Shown piece by piece: positions 1 through 13,083 of a stretch of 64,000 nucleotides of DNA (its first letter is position 1; the number at the start of each line of letters is the position of its first letter). The notes beneath the pieces were generated by a model. It had not been told where the DNA came from and did no database searches. It saw nothing but the letters and a program-made list of their open reading frames with translations. The DNA comes from Octopus vulgaris (lineage: Eukaryota): positions 10,540,001-10,604,000 of the forward strand of contig OX597816.1 of NCBI GenBank assembly GCA_951406725.2. Direction: 5' to 3'. The position numbers and the translations under genes were made by a program.

Positions 1-97
1 CCCATGCCAGCATGAGACGCAGATATTAAATGCACTCACAGAAGGAGTTATTCATTATGAGGCAGAATAAAACCATCTCTTCTGAAGTTTACCATTA

Positions 98-412
98 ACA
101 TGGCACATAAAAAGCACCATCTGTATGTGTCCGATGCCAGCACTGCCTTGACTGGCTTCTGTGCCGGTGGCACATAAAAAGCACCAACTGATCATGGCTG
201 CTGCCAGCCTCGCCTGGCACCTGTGCCGGTGGCATGTAAAAAGCACCCACTACACTCACAGAGTGGTTGGCGTTAGGAACGGCATCCAGCTGTAGAAACA
301 CTGCCAGATCAGACTGGAGCCTGGTGCAGCCTCCTGGCTACCCATACCTCGGTCAAACCGTCCAACCCATGCTAGCATGGAAAACGGATGTTAAACTATG
401 ATGATGATGATG
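98..412 (+). mobile_element. 5'-truncated RTE-clade LINE 3' UTR copy (2 tandem units + terminal block + (TGA)n tail)
   Basis: Same sequence as the region directly downstream of the RTE ORF at 40676-41304 (ggtggcacataaaaagcacc units; ggcgttaggaa..gcatccagctgtagaaac; catgctagcatggaaa..gttaaa-(tga)n). A more degenerate copy follows at ~455-600. Confidence 0.8.
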
Positions 413-1404
413 TTCATTTGAAGACAGATTTAGATAGAAATATCTTCATGTCAAAGGAGCCCAGAACACACTGTAAAGTGGATGGTATAAGAAATGGCAT
501 CCAGGCATAGGAACCAAGTCAAACTAAACTGGAATCTGGTGCAGCTCCCCAGCTTGCCAGTTCCAGTCAAACTGTCCAACCCTTGCCAGCATGGAAAACA
601 ATGACGACAACAACGACGGTGACAGCTACAATGACGATGGTGACAACAACGACAGCAGCAATGATGACATTGACGATGATGATTAAGTAGCAGAGAAGGG
701 TTTCTATTTCATTAAGATAATGCTCAACGTGAACAGTCACAAACGAAAATTACAACTAAAGTTGTTTGAAGTTATAAAATAACAGTTATACACTGGAATA
801 ATTTTTATTAACCAAATCACTTATGCTTGTAAAAGTTAGTGTTGTGTTTACTAAAATAAATCATTATTTTGTTATATATATGTGCTTGCTTTCGTTTTTT
901 TTTTTTTTTTTGTCCATTGTCAAAAATGATTGATGACTAAATTTAGGAATAAAGCATTTGAAAAATCAGAATAGATAACCAGAGATTTTGGTATAAATCA
1001 ATGCATTTTATTAGCAGTAAATGGAAAGGAAAATTCTTGATGATATATCTTTCATCAATTCTCTGAACATTTATGAGCAATGAAGGTGTGAGGAAAAAGC
1101 TATTAGTTAATAATTCAAATTTTATAGTTACATACGTTCTTCTCTTTCATCTCTCGACTGTGGCATTAAATAAGCATTCTCTCTTTTAGGAAATTTGCTC
1201 TTAGACTAGTGTTTCAATTAACCAATATGTTCTGTTGGGCTTTGTTTTCAGGGCCAGCTGTTGATGTATGTCTGTGTGCGGGGGGGGCAGGGGTGTGTGG
1301 GGGTGGGGGTATGACTGTGTATGTATGGGTATGTGTATACGTTATACGCTTCACTGTAAATTTGTGCCCCTTTGTCCGTGAGTATGTGACTGTGTAAGGC
1401 TATA

Positions 1405-1497
1405 TCATGTGGCTACACATACATCCATAAATATATATATATATATATGTGCGTGCGTGTGTGTGTGTGTGTGTATATATATGTGTATATATGTGTG

Positions 1498-1528
<31 letters not shown>

Positions 1529-1537
1529 GTGTGTGTA

Positions 1538-1570
<33 letters not shown>

Positions 1571-1790
1571 GTGTGTGTGTATATATGTGTGTGTATGTGT
1601 ATATATATGTATGTGTGTGTGTATATATATGTGTGTGTGTATATATATATGTGTGTGTGTGTGTGTATATATATATCATACACACACGTGTATACAAGTA
1701 CATATATATGTGTGTGTATATATATTGATATATGTGTGTATGTATGTATGTATGTTTGTAGGTAGGTAGGTAGGCTGGTAGGTATGTTTA
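1405..1790. repeat. Compound (TA)n/(TG)n microsatellite ending in (TATG)n/(TAGG)n
   Basis: Directly visible; explains the six Y/I/H/T/C/V-rich ORFs. Confidence 0.97.
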
Positions 1791-2419
1791 TTTGTTGCTA
1801 AATGTTGCTGAAACAGATGTGTATATTTTGTAATAACATTAAATGTTTATTTGTGTGTGTGTATAGTTTGTTGTTCTTTAAGTATGTGCATAATATTATC
1901 TTTTCACGTGTCTACATATATACACACACATGTTCATCTCACACTTCTGCGTTCACCAGACACAAAATCACTTCAGTTCTTTGTTTCTGTGTTCATATTA
2001 GTATGTAACTGTGTGTATTGTTACTTGAAAAGGGTCTACAGAGTATATGTGCTTAAATGAACACATTTACACATTTGTTTTTTACGCAAGGATTTCATGG
2101 CAATGTTTTTCTGTGATTTTGGACACTGAATTTCTAGATTGTTTTAAAGTACTTTTGCGTTTGTGTCTGTATGTGCAAGTGCACATGTGTGTGTGTATGT
2201 GTGTGTGAACACACACACATTTGCATATACGTTTATATATCGAAGACCTGGGACACACAACAGCAAGAACTCTGAGTAGCAGAAGACAGAGTTGACCAAA
2301 ATAAAAATGATATTATTAATCTCTACCGTGGTATCGAGTACTCTTTCTTCTGACAGCTAAACACTAATGGAATATACAGACATTCATCATCATCATATGT
2401 GTATATATAAATATTTATA

Positions 2420-2870
2420 TATATACTTTATTTAAAAGCAGCAGAAAGTCAACAAAACCTGTTATTCGGAGTTTCTGTGGTACGTGTAATTTTGACATAG
2501 CAATGAGATAAAAAATTACAATCAAATCAAAGGGAAGTATAAAAATCCATTGAGAGGCATGTGGTTCCCTAAGGCTTTGCAACTGTTACAAAGGAGATAA
2601 TCATCTCTTCATAAAATTTTGTGGGATTAGGAATTTGAGTTTGAGATCAAAGAATTATAAAAATTTAGAGATCTTACATAGTTAATTATCTTTTTGTTTC
2701 CTTTTAATAAATTCCTTACAGTTTTTAGTTGCTGGTAATCATGGATAGTCACTATTTTATTCATTTTAGAAATCGCCAGAATGTTGGAACCCTGTAGCTT
2801 ATTGATCAAACATTTTTTAAAAAATGGGATTTTTTTTTTATTTTCTTTCACTGAATGTTGGTGCCTTAAC
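2420..2870 (-). mobile_element. Degenerate retroelement 3' remnant, possibly Penelope-like
   Basis: Minus strand ends GAAACTCCGAATAACAG...TTTTAAATAAAGTATATA (3' half of a minimal hammerhead plus polyA signal) downstream of a decayed reading frame. Classification is inference. Confidence 0.35.
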
Positions 2871-3359
2871 AAGCAAGAGAAAAAAAGGAAAAGTTCTAAG
2901 AGTTTTCAGAGAAATTCAACTTTGTAAAAATATATTAAAGTAACCAATAACTTTAGTTTTAGCTACAGACATCACAAACCATTTCCTGGTATAAATACAG
3001 GCATTAATTTCAAGCTGCTATTTCTTAGCAACCTTTCACTATGCTGTGAAACAACTATCTATTGAAAAACATAAAGCATTGACATAGACAACAGTTTTAA
3101 TGGATTTGCATGAAATCACAGCTACAGATTTTCGAACATGTGTGGTTATCCTTTATGGTCAGAGGTACTACAAGGAAGATACTCATTTCTTCGGTGAGAG
3201 AGAAATCTTTTATAACAGAAAGGTAATAAAATATAAGAAAAATAGAATCAGTGGAGAGACAAAATTTGAGATATACTTCAGCAACTCATCAATCTGACTA
3301 CTTATACTAATATGAAATTACATTGTACTAATATATTAATATTGTCACTCAATGAAAAA

Positions 3360-3761
3360 TCTTTATATATAAAAGTGAAGTTGTGTGGTGTCTGTCTCCT
3401 ACAATTTAGATTCCTAACTACTCCCACATTTTGCGGTGCAGTTTAACCAAAAGCGGGTATCTTATAGCCGTGATTCATATCGAGCCCTTCTGGGTATTAG
3501 TGCGTGTCTATGATGAGTCTACGATTTAAAAAAAAATTTACCATCATTTTTTTCCATTTTTAATGCATTTTTTGCTATTATATAAGGGAAGTAACTCTCT
3601 AAAAATGTCTACGTTGAGTCTACGATTTAAAAAAAACTTACCATCATATTTTTCCATTTTTAATGCATTTTTTTGCTATTATATAAGGGAAGTAACTCTC
3701 TAAAAATGCTTATATAGTTATTTCCCTTACAAACCCGAGCAACGCCAGGCGATACTGCTAG
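3360..3761 (+). mobile_element. Non-autonomous Helitron with internal ~98-bp tandem duplication
   Basis: 5' TC (TCTTTATATATAAAA), 3' GC-rich hairpin remnant CCCGAGCAACGCCAGG then CTAG (3758-3761), inserted between A and T with no TSD. Direct repeat at ~3510-3608/3610-3707. Confidence 0.85.
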
Positions 3762-4049
3762 TAGTGTATAAAGCTATTGTAACAGCAGCAGATGCATTGA
3801 AATGATATCTGTAGAGCTGACATACATTCCTTCATATTCAGACACAGAATCAACTTCTCATATCTCAGTAACTCAACAGCATCTTCATAAGACTGTGCAT
3901 TGTTGAAAAAGCTATGCCATACACAATCAGATGGCTTGACTGCAAAATATGCATTACTGAAAAACTTCATATATGAATAACATCAGATAATACCTTAAAC
4001 AAAAGAAGCAAAACATTACTCACAGAAGGAAACTTATCCAGCTACATCA

Positions 4050-4646
4050 TGTAACTTTTAGAGGCCCCATGTAATTCATCCTTTTGAGGCCCCACCCCTT
4101 CAATCAAAATACATAATCTACGCACCTTTTATTCATAGCTATATTTTATTTTATTCTATCTGAAGTTCAATATTTCGCGTTATCTCCAAAGAACATCATT
4201 AAAAATATAACAAGTTAAATCTATTTAGGTCTATTACAAATTTCAATAAGTAAAACTTCCAGATATGAATAAAAGAGCAACTTTTATAATCCAGGCAACT
4301 TTCACAGACAAACATGGTGCAATTTTTGCTTCACGAAATCATTGATCAGTTCAGAAGAATCAGGCCAAGAGCTAAGTTCATGTTCAATAGATATCACAGA
4401 CAATCCATAAAATCTGGTACACGTTTGTGGTACAGACTGATATTTTTACAAGAACTTTTGCAAGTACAATGTATTATTATCATTCTATTTCTTGAAAATT
4501 TCAGTTAACATAATTTAATTCTTGTTCAACATCTTAACCAGAGTAAATAGATGACTCATCTACGTACATTGATCTTAACATGGGGCTCCTTAACAGCGGA
4601 GGCTCCCTGCGACTTCAGGTGTTGTAGGGGCTTAGCAATAGCCCTG
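4050..4646 (-). mobile_element. hAT-superfamily DNA transposon remnant
   Basis: Minus strand ~4320-4410 reads GLSVISIEHELS...ELINDFVKQK, resembling the hAT C-terminal dimerisation region. Terminus CAGGGC (4641-4646) and GGGGCC-type subterminal motifs. Confidence 0.55.
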
Positions 4647-5499
4647 AAATTATCTGAACCTAAATAAACACCAGGTTACATCAGCAAGGTACATGACCTC
4701 TTGTGATTGATACTAAATACTGTAGGGTCCTGTAAATAGTAGTCAAATCATTTGGTTAATTTCCTTTCTTGCACGAAGGATCACAACAAGCAAAAACTCA
4801 GAGTAGCAGATGACAGAATTAATAATTTTCACACAAACAGACATATTTGTAATGTGTATGGAGGAGTAGTTATCTTGTTTGTTAAACAGAAATAAGTGTG
4901 TATGTGAGTAGATATATATACATGTGTATATTTGTGGGCATGTTTACTTGGGTGTATATTACAACATACACACACATGTATGTATATATACATATGTATG
5001 TATAGATATATACATATATACAGATACATATATATATATGCAATATATGCATGCATATGTGTACATGCACATGTGTCTGTGCATGTGGCATAAAAATATC
5101 TGTATATGCAAATATCTATATATGTGTGTGTGTGTGTATAAAAATTGCATCTAAATTGAATGGCGGCACATTGATACTGCGCTTAAAATAAAATATTAAA
5201 TAAAGATCAACTGAAAAACAAATGCAGGTGATTGAGTACATTTGATAACAACCTGGAGTCATAAGTGTAGGTCTGTAGAAATTAAGGAATGGTTAAAGAC
5301 ATTTCAAAGAAAGAATTGTATGTATTAGTTTTGTTAACCAAAATAAATGATGTTTTTGGATACTTGTTATGGTAACAACAATTATTAATATGAAGAAGAA
5401 ACAAACACTGAATACATTATTTTTCTTATTTTCCTTCATTATCATCTTCATTTTTTTCTCCTTCACCTTTTCCCTCTTCTTCCTCCTCATCTTCCTTCT

Positions 5500-5630
5500 A
5501 TCATCATCATCCCCACCACCTCAACCACTACAATTAGTCATCTTCAACACCATCATTATCATCATCATCGTCGTCATCATCATCGTCGTCGTCATCATCG
5601 TCGTCGTCATCATCACTGTTGTCATCATCA
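5500..5630. repeat. (CAT/CGT)n trinucleotide repeat
   Basis: Directly visible. Confidence 0.9.
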
Positions 5631-6112
5631 AATTTGACTCATCACTGAAGACATCATTTCCCTTTTCTCTTGAAGATGGGGACATTTTCAGACATTACCA
5701 AACGAAATTTTCTTTTAGGGGTACTTTTAAAGCATGGACTATAATTACCAAAAAACCCTATATTTAATATCTGGTGGTTGACAACAAAAAATACAACGTA
5801 TAAACACTCAGCTGACTGTAAAAATCGAAAGAGAAAACGAACGGTTTAATGAACCCTTGTAAAAAAAAAAAAAAAAAGAAAAGATAAACGCATTTCAAAC
5901 ATTCAGAGAAGCAGTGTTGCATATAGCATTAGTGACAAAAACCACAGCAGCTGTGGTGGTTCTTGTGTCAATTGAAGCCCTATAATCCGTTCATGTAAGA
6001 GCTGTGTCAAAGTGAACCTTCCCATAGCACAAACTGAACAAACAAAATTTTTAGGCCTACCACAATGCAAAAGAAAGAAAATGTACAGTCGTATATTTAA
6101 GAGATGAGGAAT

Positions 6113-6520
6113 TTGGCTGTGTGGTAAGTAGCTCGCTTACCAACCACATGGTTCCGGGTTCAGTCCCACTGCGTGGCATCTTGGGCAAGTGTCTTCTGCT
6201 ATAGCCTCAGGCCAACCAATGCCTTGTGAGTGGATTTGGTAGACGGAAACTGAAAGAAGCCTGTCGTATATATGTATATATATATGTATGTATGTATGTG
6301 TGTTTGTGTATCTGTGTTTGTCCCCCCACCATCGCTTGACAACCGATGCTGGTGTGTTTACGTCCCCGTCACTTAGCGGTTCGGCAAAAAGAGACCGATA
6401 GAATAAGTACTGGGCTTACAAAGAATAAGTCCCGGGGTCGATTTGCTCGACTAAAGGTGGTGCTCCAGCATGGCCGCAGTCACATGACTGAAACAAGTAA
6501 AAGAGAGTAAAAGAGAGAGT
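6113..6520 (+). mobile_element. tRNA-derived SINE family A (internal (TA)/(TG) microsatellite; CR1-type tail; GTAAAAGA tail repeat)
   Basis: A box TGGCTGTGTGG, B box GGTTCAGTCCC, CTTGGGCAAGT core, tail GGTGGTGCTCCAGCATGGCCGCAGTC..GACTGAAAC; many near-identical copies in the window. Confidence 0.9.
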
Positions 6521-6646
6521 ATTTGACAGATATTTGTCTTCATCTTGTTTGTTGTTAGCACAACATTATGGCTGATATACCCTCCAGCCCTCATCACGTA
6601 TTGGGGAAATTTCAAACCTGGTTTCTAATTCCTAAGGTACTTTTCA

Positions 6647-6681
<35 letters not shown>

Positions 6682-6755
6682 TCACTGCTTGGAATCGAAC
6701 TCAGAATCTTGGGGTTAGTAGCCTGTGCTCTTAACCACTACGCCATATGCCCATG
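6521..6755 (-). mobile_element. Penelope-like pseudo-LTR repeat with decayed hammerhead, split by the SINE at 6113
   Basis: Homologous to 47275-47570 and 56665-56900. Its left part (tatatttaagagatgaggaat) lies at 6092-6112. Confidence 0.55.
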
Positions 6756-6792
6756 GGCCTTTTTTTTTTTTAGTCTCTACATCCACACAGGT

Positions 6793-7095
6793 GGAGGCGC
6801 AATGGCCCAGTGGTTAGGGCAGCGGACTCGCGGTCGGAGGATCGTGGTTTCGATTCTCAGACCGGGCGTTGTGTGTGTTTATTGAGTGAAAACACCTAAA
6901 AGCTCCACGAGGCTCCAGCAGGGGATGATGATCCCTGCTGTACTCTTTCACCACTCTTTCTCCCACTTTCTTCTGTTGACCTGCTCACTTAGCCAGCAGG
7001 GTGGCGTCATTCAAAGGCTAAAACAATGCGAACGCATTGTGACCAGCGATGTGTAACAACATCTGATGGTCTTGTCGGTGACATGATCACGTGAC
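6793..7095 (+). mobile_element. tRNA-derived SINE family C
   Basis: Head GGCGCAATGGCCCAGTGGTTAGGGCAGCGGACTCG..GTTTCGATTC. Full inverted copy at 54265-54565; partial copies at ~9080-9226, 15465-15710, 20690-20825. Confidence 0.85.
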
Positions 7096-7879
7096 ATCCA
7101 CACAGGAAAGTGAGATGGTTTGAAAGATGAGCTAGTTTTTGATAGAGTCTCTCTAAATATATCTCCATTGAAGTCTAATGTCGGCTCCATACCAATAAGA
7201 TAATACAATTCTATATTGAAGAGATGAGGAATTATGTACATTATTTACATTAACCACTATGCCATATGTATAGCCCTCTTCTGAGACAGTTGAAAATGCT
7301 GCTGAGATTTCCTATGTACAAGTTCAAAGTTTCAGCTCTTTTGTAGCTTTCCATGCTGATAACTTGATATTTTTCTGCAGGTCAGGACTGATCAAGCAGA
7401 CCTATGTTCAAAAAAAAAAAAATATAAAATTGCATTATCCAGTGTGTTCTTCCTTTTATATGATAATAATGACATTTTCAGAGGAATTTGACTTTTATTT
7501 CTAACACAATGTGACCATGCATAGAGGCTCCTTTGATGACAACAATGATAACAGTGGTGGTGGTGGAGCCAGTGTTGGTAGCAGCAGTGATAATGAACTC
7601 TATTCTACATTAAATATAAATGTGATATGCAGATACCTAATAGCTTTCTTAATGGCAGTCGCATTGTGAAAGTGAAAGTAAAAAGATATATTATAAACAT
7701 AAGGCTTTGTTTGGCCTTTAACGATGATTAAAGGAAAACAGCATGTATTAGTGTTGGTGGGAACACTTACCATATCAAGATCATTATTCACCATTAAATG
7801 CTGTAATACTGTTAGAAAATGGTTATAATTACTTGGAATGAAGAAGGGAAATACATTGCAGCAACAACAGTAATGATTA

Positions 7880-8150
7880 GTAATAATAATAATAATAATA
7901 ATGGTAATAATAATAATAGTAGTGATAGTAATAGTAGTAGTGGTAACAACAATAACAACACCAACAATAGGTATAATAATAACAATAGTAGTATTGAAGA
8001 AGAAGAAGAAGAAGAAGAAGAAGAAGAAGGAAGAAGGAGAAGGAAAAGAAGAAGGAAAAGAAGAAGAAGAAAAAGAAGAAGAAAAAGAGAAAAAAGAAAA
8101 GAAGAAGAAGAAGAAAAAGAAAAGAAGAAGAAGAAGAAAAAGAAGATAGA
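7880..8150. repeat. (AAT)n/(AGT)n then (GAA)n purine-rich tract
   Basis: Directly visible. Confidence 0.95.
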
Positions 8151-8808
8151 ACGGAAGATGTTTATTGTTGTTGGTGTCTATTTTTTTGCGTTTCTTTTTC
8201 TTAATTTGTTTCCAAAACTTCTGGCATGAAATATAAGACTTAATTCTTCAAGAGGTATTAATGCAATATATTAAGAAGTGAAATTAATTGCTACAATTAT
8301 CCGAAGCAAATTCTAAAAGCAACAAGGTTACAACGATATGACACCTAAATTACTGCCATCATATTTCTTAACCGATTCTTTTACAATTTTTGCATTGTCT
8401 CAATTACGACAGAAGAACATTCTAGAATATGGACATTAATCATGACACTAATTAATCTGTTGTAGTTAGTCTTACCATTTCTGGATGGGTTCTTTTGGGT
8501 TTTTTTTAGGGGTTTTAATTCTAATTTGCATATTTCTTGCTTTTCTGTATCTGTTTTTGGGTGAAGGAGCATTGACAATTTAAATTCTTCAAATTCTTTG
8601 TAAATAACCATCTTAATACTTCTCTGCTTGAAAGTCAACTTACATATGCTTTCATTTTTATTGTTATTGACAATGTTTTGGTTTTACTGATGATATAAAG
8701 ACTGAAACTGCAGAATTCTTCAGCAGATTCTTGTTTGCAGTTAGCAATTTTTAATGCATGTTACATCAAATATATTAACAATACTAATTTAGCTACAGTT
8801 TTGTATTC

Positions 8809-8836
<28 letters not shown>

Positions 8837-8839
<3 letters not shown>

Positions 8840-8908
8840 TAGAATCTCGGTTTCCAATCAACTCTGATCACGAATTAATTGTGCTTTTTCTTCCTGTGTG
8901 AGTGTGTC

Positions 8909-8950
<42 letters not shown>

Positions 8951-9006
8951 CATGTAAAGCATGATTTATTCGTGATCAAAGTTGTTCGAAAACCGAGGTA
9001 CTACTG
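8837..9006. mobile_element. Tc1/mariner-pogo (Tigger-like) MITE
   Basis: ~50-bp imperfect TIRs CAGTAGAATCTCGGTTTCCAATCAACT.. / ..AGTTGTTCGAAAACCGAGGTACTACTG, in a TA/CA microsatellite context. Confidence 0.8.
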
Positions 9007-9234
9007 TGTATGTTTTTTTTTCTCTCTCTAATTTCAGCTCAGAGCTGTGGCCATGCTGATGCACCGCCATTTATTAAAGTGTGGCGAAAGAGTACAGCAG
9101 GGATCACCACCACCCCCTGCCAGAGCCTCGTGGAGCTTTAGGTGTTTTTGCTCAATAAACACTCACAACGCCCAGTCTGGGAATTGAAACTACGACTGCG
9201 AGTGCGCTGCCTAACCACTAGGCCATTTTTTTTA

Positions 9235-9593
9235 CATGTTTCAATTATTAGACAGTGGCCATGCTGGAGCACCAACTTGAAGAATTTTTAGTCGAATGAA
9301 TCAACCCAATATTTATTTTTTAAAACCTGGTACTTATTCTATCAGTGTCTTTTGCTGAACTGCTAAGTTACAGGGGATGTAAACACAACAACACCAGTTG
9401 TCAAGCAGTGGTGGGGAACAAATACAGATACACACACATGATAGGCTTGTTTCAGGTTCCGTCTACCAAATCCCCTCACAAGGCTTTAGTCAGCTCAAGG
9501 TTTATAGTGCGGAACACTTGCCCAAAGTACAATGCAGTGGGACTGAACCCATAACCATTTGGGTGGGGAGAAAACTTCTTACCACACAGCCAT
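9235..9593 (-). mobile_element. SINE family A, older subfamily
   Basis: Reverse-complement similarity to 6113-6520. Confidence 0.8.
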
Positions 9594-9659
9594 GATTATC
9601 CCTAAGAAAATTAACTAAATGACAAGGGAATAAAAAATTGTCATAAAAAATTGTTCATT

Positions 9660-9740
9660 AGCCTGCAGCTGTTTCTGCCACAAAATGCAATGCACTCATA
9701 GTTGAGTGCTAGTGTAACATCCGATAGCTTCATCAGAGCT
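9660..9740 (-). ncRNA. Minimal type I hammerhead motif (Penelope-type), U16.1->C, probably inactive
   Basis: AGCT-CTGATGA-AGCTA..TGGCA-GAAA-CAGCTG(palindrome)-CA-GGCT. Confidence 0.55.
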
Positions 9741-9849
9741 TCAAAACTGATGTGCGATTTCTTATTCCCTTGTCATTTATTTAATTTCTCGTTATTGTTC
9801 TGTATTTGACTGATGCATTTTATTCTGAAGCATAGCTATATTAAATTCT

Positions 9850-10160
9850 GGGAAATATGAAGTTTGTGATGATTTGAAGTAGGAAATGCGAAGATTGTGG
9901 TCAATGAGGAGAGCAGACATGATGCCAATAATAATTGGTGCACTTGGAAGTATCAGCACTCAGCTACCAACATGGCACAAAAAGATTGGTACAAATATAA
10001 AAGTAGAACACCTCCAAAAATCATCATTGCTTGAAACTGCAAGAATTCTTTGTAATGTTTTTGAAGCATGACCAGTAAACAAGTGTCACCTTAATCTGCT
10101 GGCTGTGAACAGCTGACACTTTCCAGCATACCCAGCAAAATAAGCTGAGAGTTTTCATCA

Positions 10161-10205
<45 letters not shown>
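9850..10205 (+). mobile_element. R4/Dong non-LTR retrotransposon 3' fragment with (TAA)n tail
   Basis: RRLWSMRRADMMPIIIGALGSI...LQKSSLLETARILCNVFEA matches the C-terminus of the R4/Dong restriction-like endonuclease (PVVIGALG..LQK..LL.TARILR); short UTR then (TAA)n. Confidence 0.88.
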
Positions 10206-10207
<2 letters not shown>

Positions 10208-10489
10208 CAGCCACTACAGGATGAGATAGGAAAGATATGGGGCAAGAGTAGGAAGGATTATTATCATTTTAACTATTGTTAACGTAGCAAGCTGGTAGAA
10301 TTGCTAGTCTTAACTAGTAAGCTGGTAGAATTGCTAGTCTGAGTTCAAATCCTTCTGGAGTTGACTTTAAGTGTGTGCATAGGACTTGCTTACCTCACTG
10401 CAACTTTGTTATCTTTGTGAGAGAGGGGAGATTTGGTTGTCATTTATAGCTTGTTAAACAACCAGGTACAAGCATTCTCGTTACCTCAC

Positions 10490-10889
10490 TTCAATAATGT
10501 CGATGATGTTGATGATTATAACAATAATGATGATGAGGAGGGGAAGGAGGTGAAGGAAGATGGTGATGATGGTAACAATGGTGGTGATGAAGGTGACAAC
10601 AATAAGGATAATAATCATGATGATGTCACTGATGAAGATTATGAGGATGATGAGGATGATTTTAGTTTTGGTGGTTGTGTCGATATTGCCATTATTAAGA
10701 TAATATAACCTTGGTGGTGAGGATGGTGCCAGCAGATGGCAAGAGATGTCAGCAGTTACATTGTCTTCATTATTTATGGTCTTTGTGGTGGCAGATTTGT
10801 GTGTGTGTGTGTGTGTGCATGGATATATATGTATATGGATATATATACATATAAATATATGCATATGTATGTATATATAAATGTACACG

Positions 10890-10921
<32 letters not shown>

Positions 10922-11099
10922 CACATATATGTGATATATATTATTATATATATAAATGTATATATGTATACGTATATATGTATGTGTGTGTGTGTGCATG
11001 TATTTATGTATGTATAAGTATGCGTATAGTGTATATATACACACTTATATATGTATGTATATGTATATATATGTGTATGTGTATATATGTGAGTATGTA

Positions 11100-11144
<45 letters not shown>

Positions 11145-11165
11145 ATATATATATATATATATAGA
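10490..11165. repeat. (GAT)n-like tract followed by compound (TA)/(TG) microsatellite
   Basis: Directly visible. Confidence 0.93.
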
Positions 11166-11574
11166 CACTAGTATTTTGGACAAATTTTGTTTGTAATTTT
11201 ATCATCATCATCAGCCTCATTACCCACACTATCACCAGGAAAATTGTCTACAACTATATATATGTATATGATAAAATTACAAACAAATTTGTCCAAAATA
11301 CTAGTGTTTATCAGTAGAAAACTATAGGGAATGATGATAAAAACAAAAAAAGAAACCACAAACAAACAAACAAACAAAATAATAATTGCAATAAATGTAG
11401 GACAAAGAGATATTTATTTTAAAAAGAAATCTTATAATTTTGGAAAGTTTCCTAACCAGCAAGAACTTGCAATTATCGGCGCATTCGATGAAAAGAACCT
11501 ATGTAAAACAACATCGTTATTTACTCCCATGACTATCTCTATAATAATAATAATAATAATGATAATAATTATTA

Positions 11575-11586
11575 TGATTATTATTA

Positions 11587-11628
<42 letters not shown>

Positions 11629-12062
11629 TATGTTTGACTTTTGCTTTGCATTTGCACAAGCTGGCTTCAAGTCTCACCCAGAGACCTCAAGAGACAACAA
11701 GTTGGAAGTTCGTGTTGGTGTTATGCCTAGGGTGCCATATATCTGGTTTTGTACTTAGTATTGTACTAGTGAATGTCTAAAAAAACCATACGAAAATTAT
11801 GTTTGTTTTAAAACTTGAGATTACATAGAAAGTATTTTGCGTAGGATATGAGAAGTTCCCATGAGCACTATCTTTTGAATTTCTGCCATTTTGGGGTTTC
11901 CTGGTATCTGAGTTAGGTAGCAATCAGCCCCTTTTGCTATGATTCCCAGGGCACCTATGACAACAGGTATTGTTTTAGTCTTCAGGTTCCACATTTTGCT
12001 GATTTCTATTTCCAGATCTTTATATTTATTCAGTTTCTGGTGGGTCTTGACAGATACGTCTA
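11575..12062 (-). mobile_element. R4/Dong 3' fragment flanked by TAA repeats
   Basis: KLNKYKDLEIEISKMWNLKTKTIPVVIGALG...IQKIVLMGTSHILRKILSM; ~190-bp UTR; (TAA)n on both sides. Confidence 0.9.
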
Positions 12063-12250
12063 TATTTATTATTATTATTATTATTTCCGTCATCATCATC
12101 ATCATCGTCATCACCATTATTGTTCTTATTTTTATTATTGTTATAGCTGTTGTTGTTGTTATCATTGTCCTTGTTTTTGTATTGCCCTAAATGTTATTTT
12201 TGCATCCCCTATGGCCAATACCAATGTGTTGTTGTTCATCATCTTCTTTT

Positions 12251-12712
12251 TGAGTGAGAGAGCAGTTCATGCCATCAAAGTAACACTGGGATACAATTAT
12301 ACAAAGCCCAGTATACCCATCATGACTACCCATCTGATAAGGGTACACCAGGCACATGCATCACAACTATATGTGCATGACATGGTGATCTCATATCAAG
12401 ATAAACAACACATGACCTTGCAAGTGGGGCCCAGTTAGAATTTTCTTCAAGTTGAGTAGCCAATCCTGCTCAAATGGTCCTTGAATAAGGGTTGTTTAAG
12501 GATGTTGAATGAAACACCCATGTTTCCAGGGGAGAATTATACAAATCCCAAGGAATTCCTCTCAATACATGGCTATGATGCTCCCCCACTACTTCTGCTC
12601 GTGATCAGAGATGCACATATCGTCAGCCACTAAGGGACATGCTCAGCTGGTTACAGTCAAATAACTGACAAGCAAATCTGTGGTGTTGAGCAGAATATTT
12701 GCTGTAGTCCAT
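12251..12712 (-). repeat. Unclassified ~460-bp interspersed repeat, copy 1
   Basis: Near-identical copies at 13474-13890 (-) and 56203-56645 (+); the 56 kb copy ends CTCTCTCACTT-(AAT)n. Confidence 0.85.
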
Positions 12713-13046
12713 TATTATTATGTACTAGCTGACCACGTGCCATCAATAATGACAGCTAATTGTAGTATTTTATATATTAATAAGGTACAAAATAAGGTAC
12801 ATAATAATCACGCATACAAACATTCTAATACTTCCCTTGTACACGCACACACACATATACTCGCACAGAGTTGAAACACTGACTTTTCTTTGTCCCCACT
12901 TCCTTCCTCATTCATCTCTCACTCCTTCCTTTCTCTCATTGCTACTGCTTTCTTTCACTCCCTCTCAGTCAGGGCTATAACTCTCACTACTTCTCCTTCA
13001 CTGAATTAATATTTTCTCTCCTCCTCCATGTCCAGTATGATTCTGG

Positions 13047-13083
<37 letters not shown>

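Noticed and set aside
1405-1769. Many ORFs rich in Y/I/H/T/C/V (also at 10.7, 19.6, 33.3 and 49.7-51.2 kb)
   Set aside because: Translations of dinucleotide microsatellites.
3758-3970. 70-aa ORF next to the Helitron
   Set aside because: No recognisable motif; probably decayed transposon sequence.
6793-6870. tRNA-like sequences at SINE heads
   Set aside because: A/B boxes are present but there is no complete cloverleaf, and each continues into a SINE body.
7819-8229. Poly-N/E/R/K ORF
   Set aside because: Translation of (AAT)n and (GAA)n repeats; no domain or splice support.
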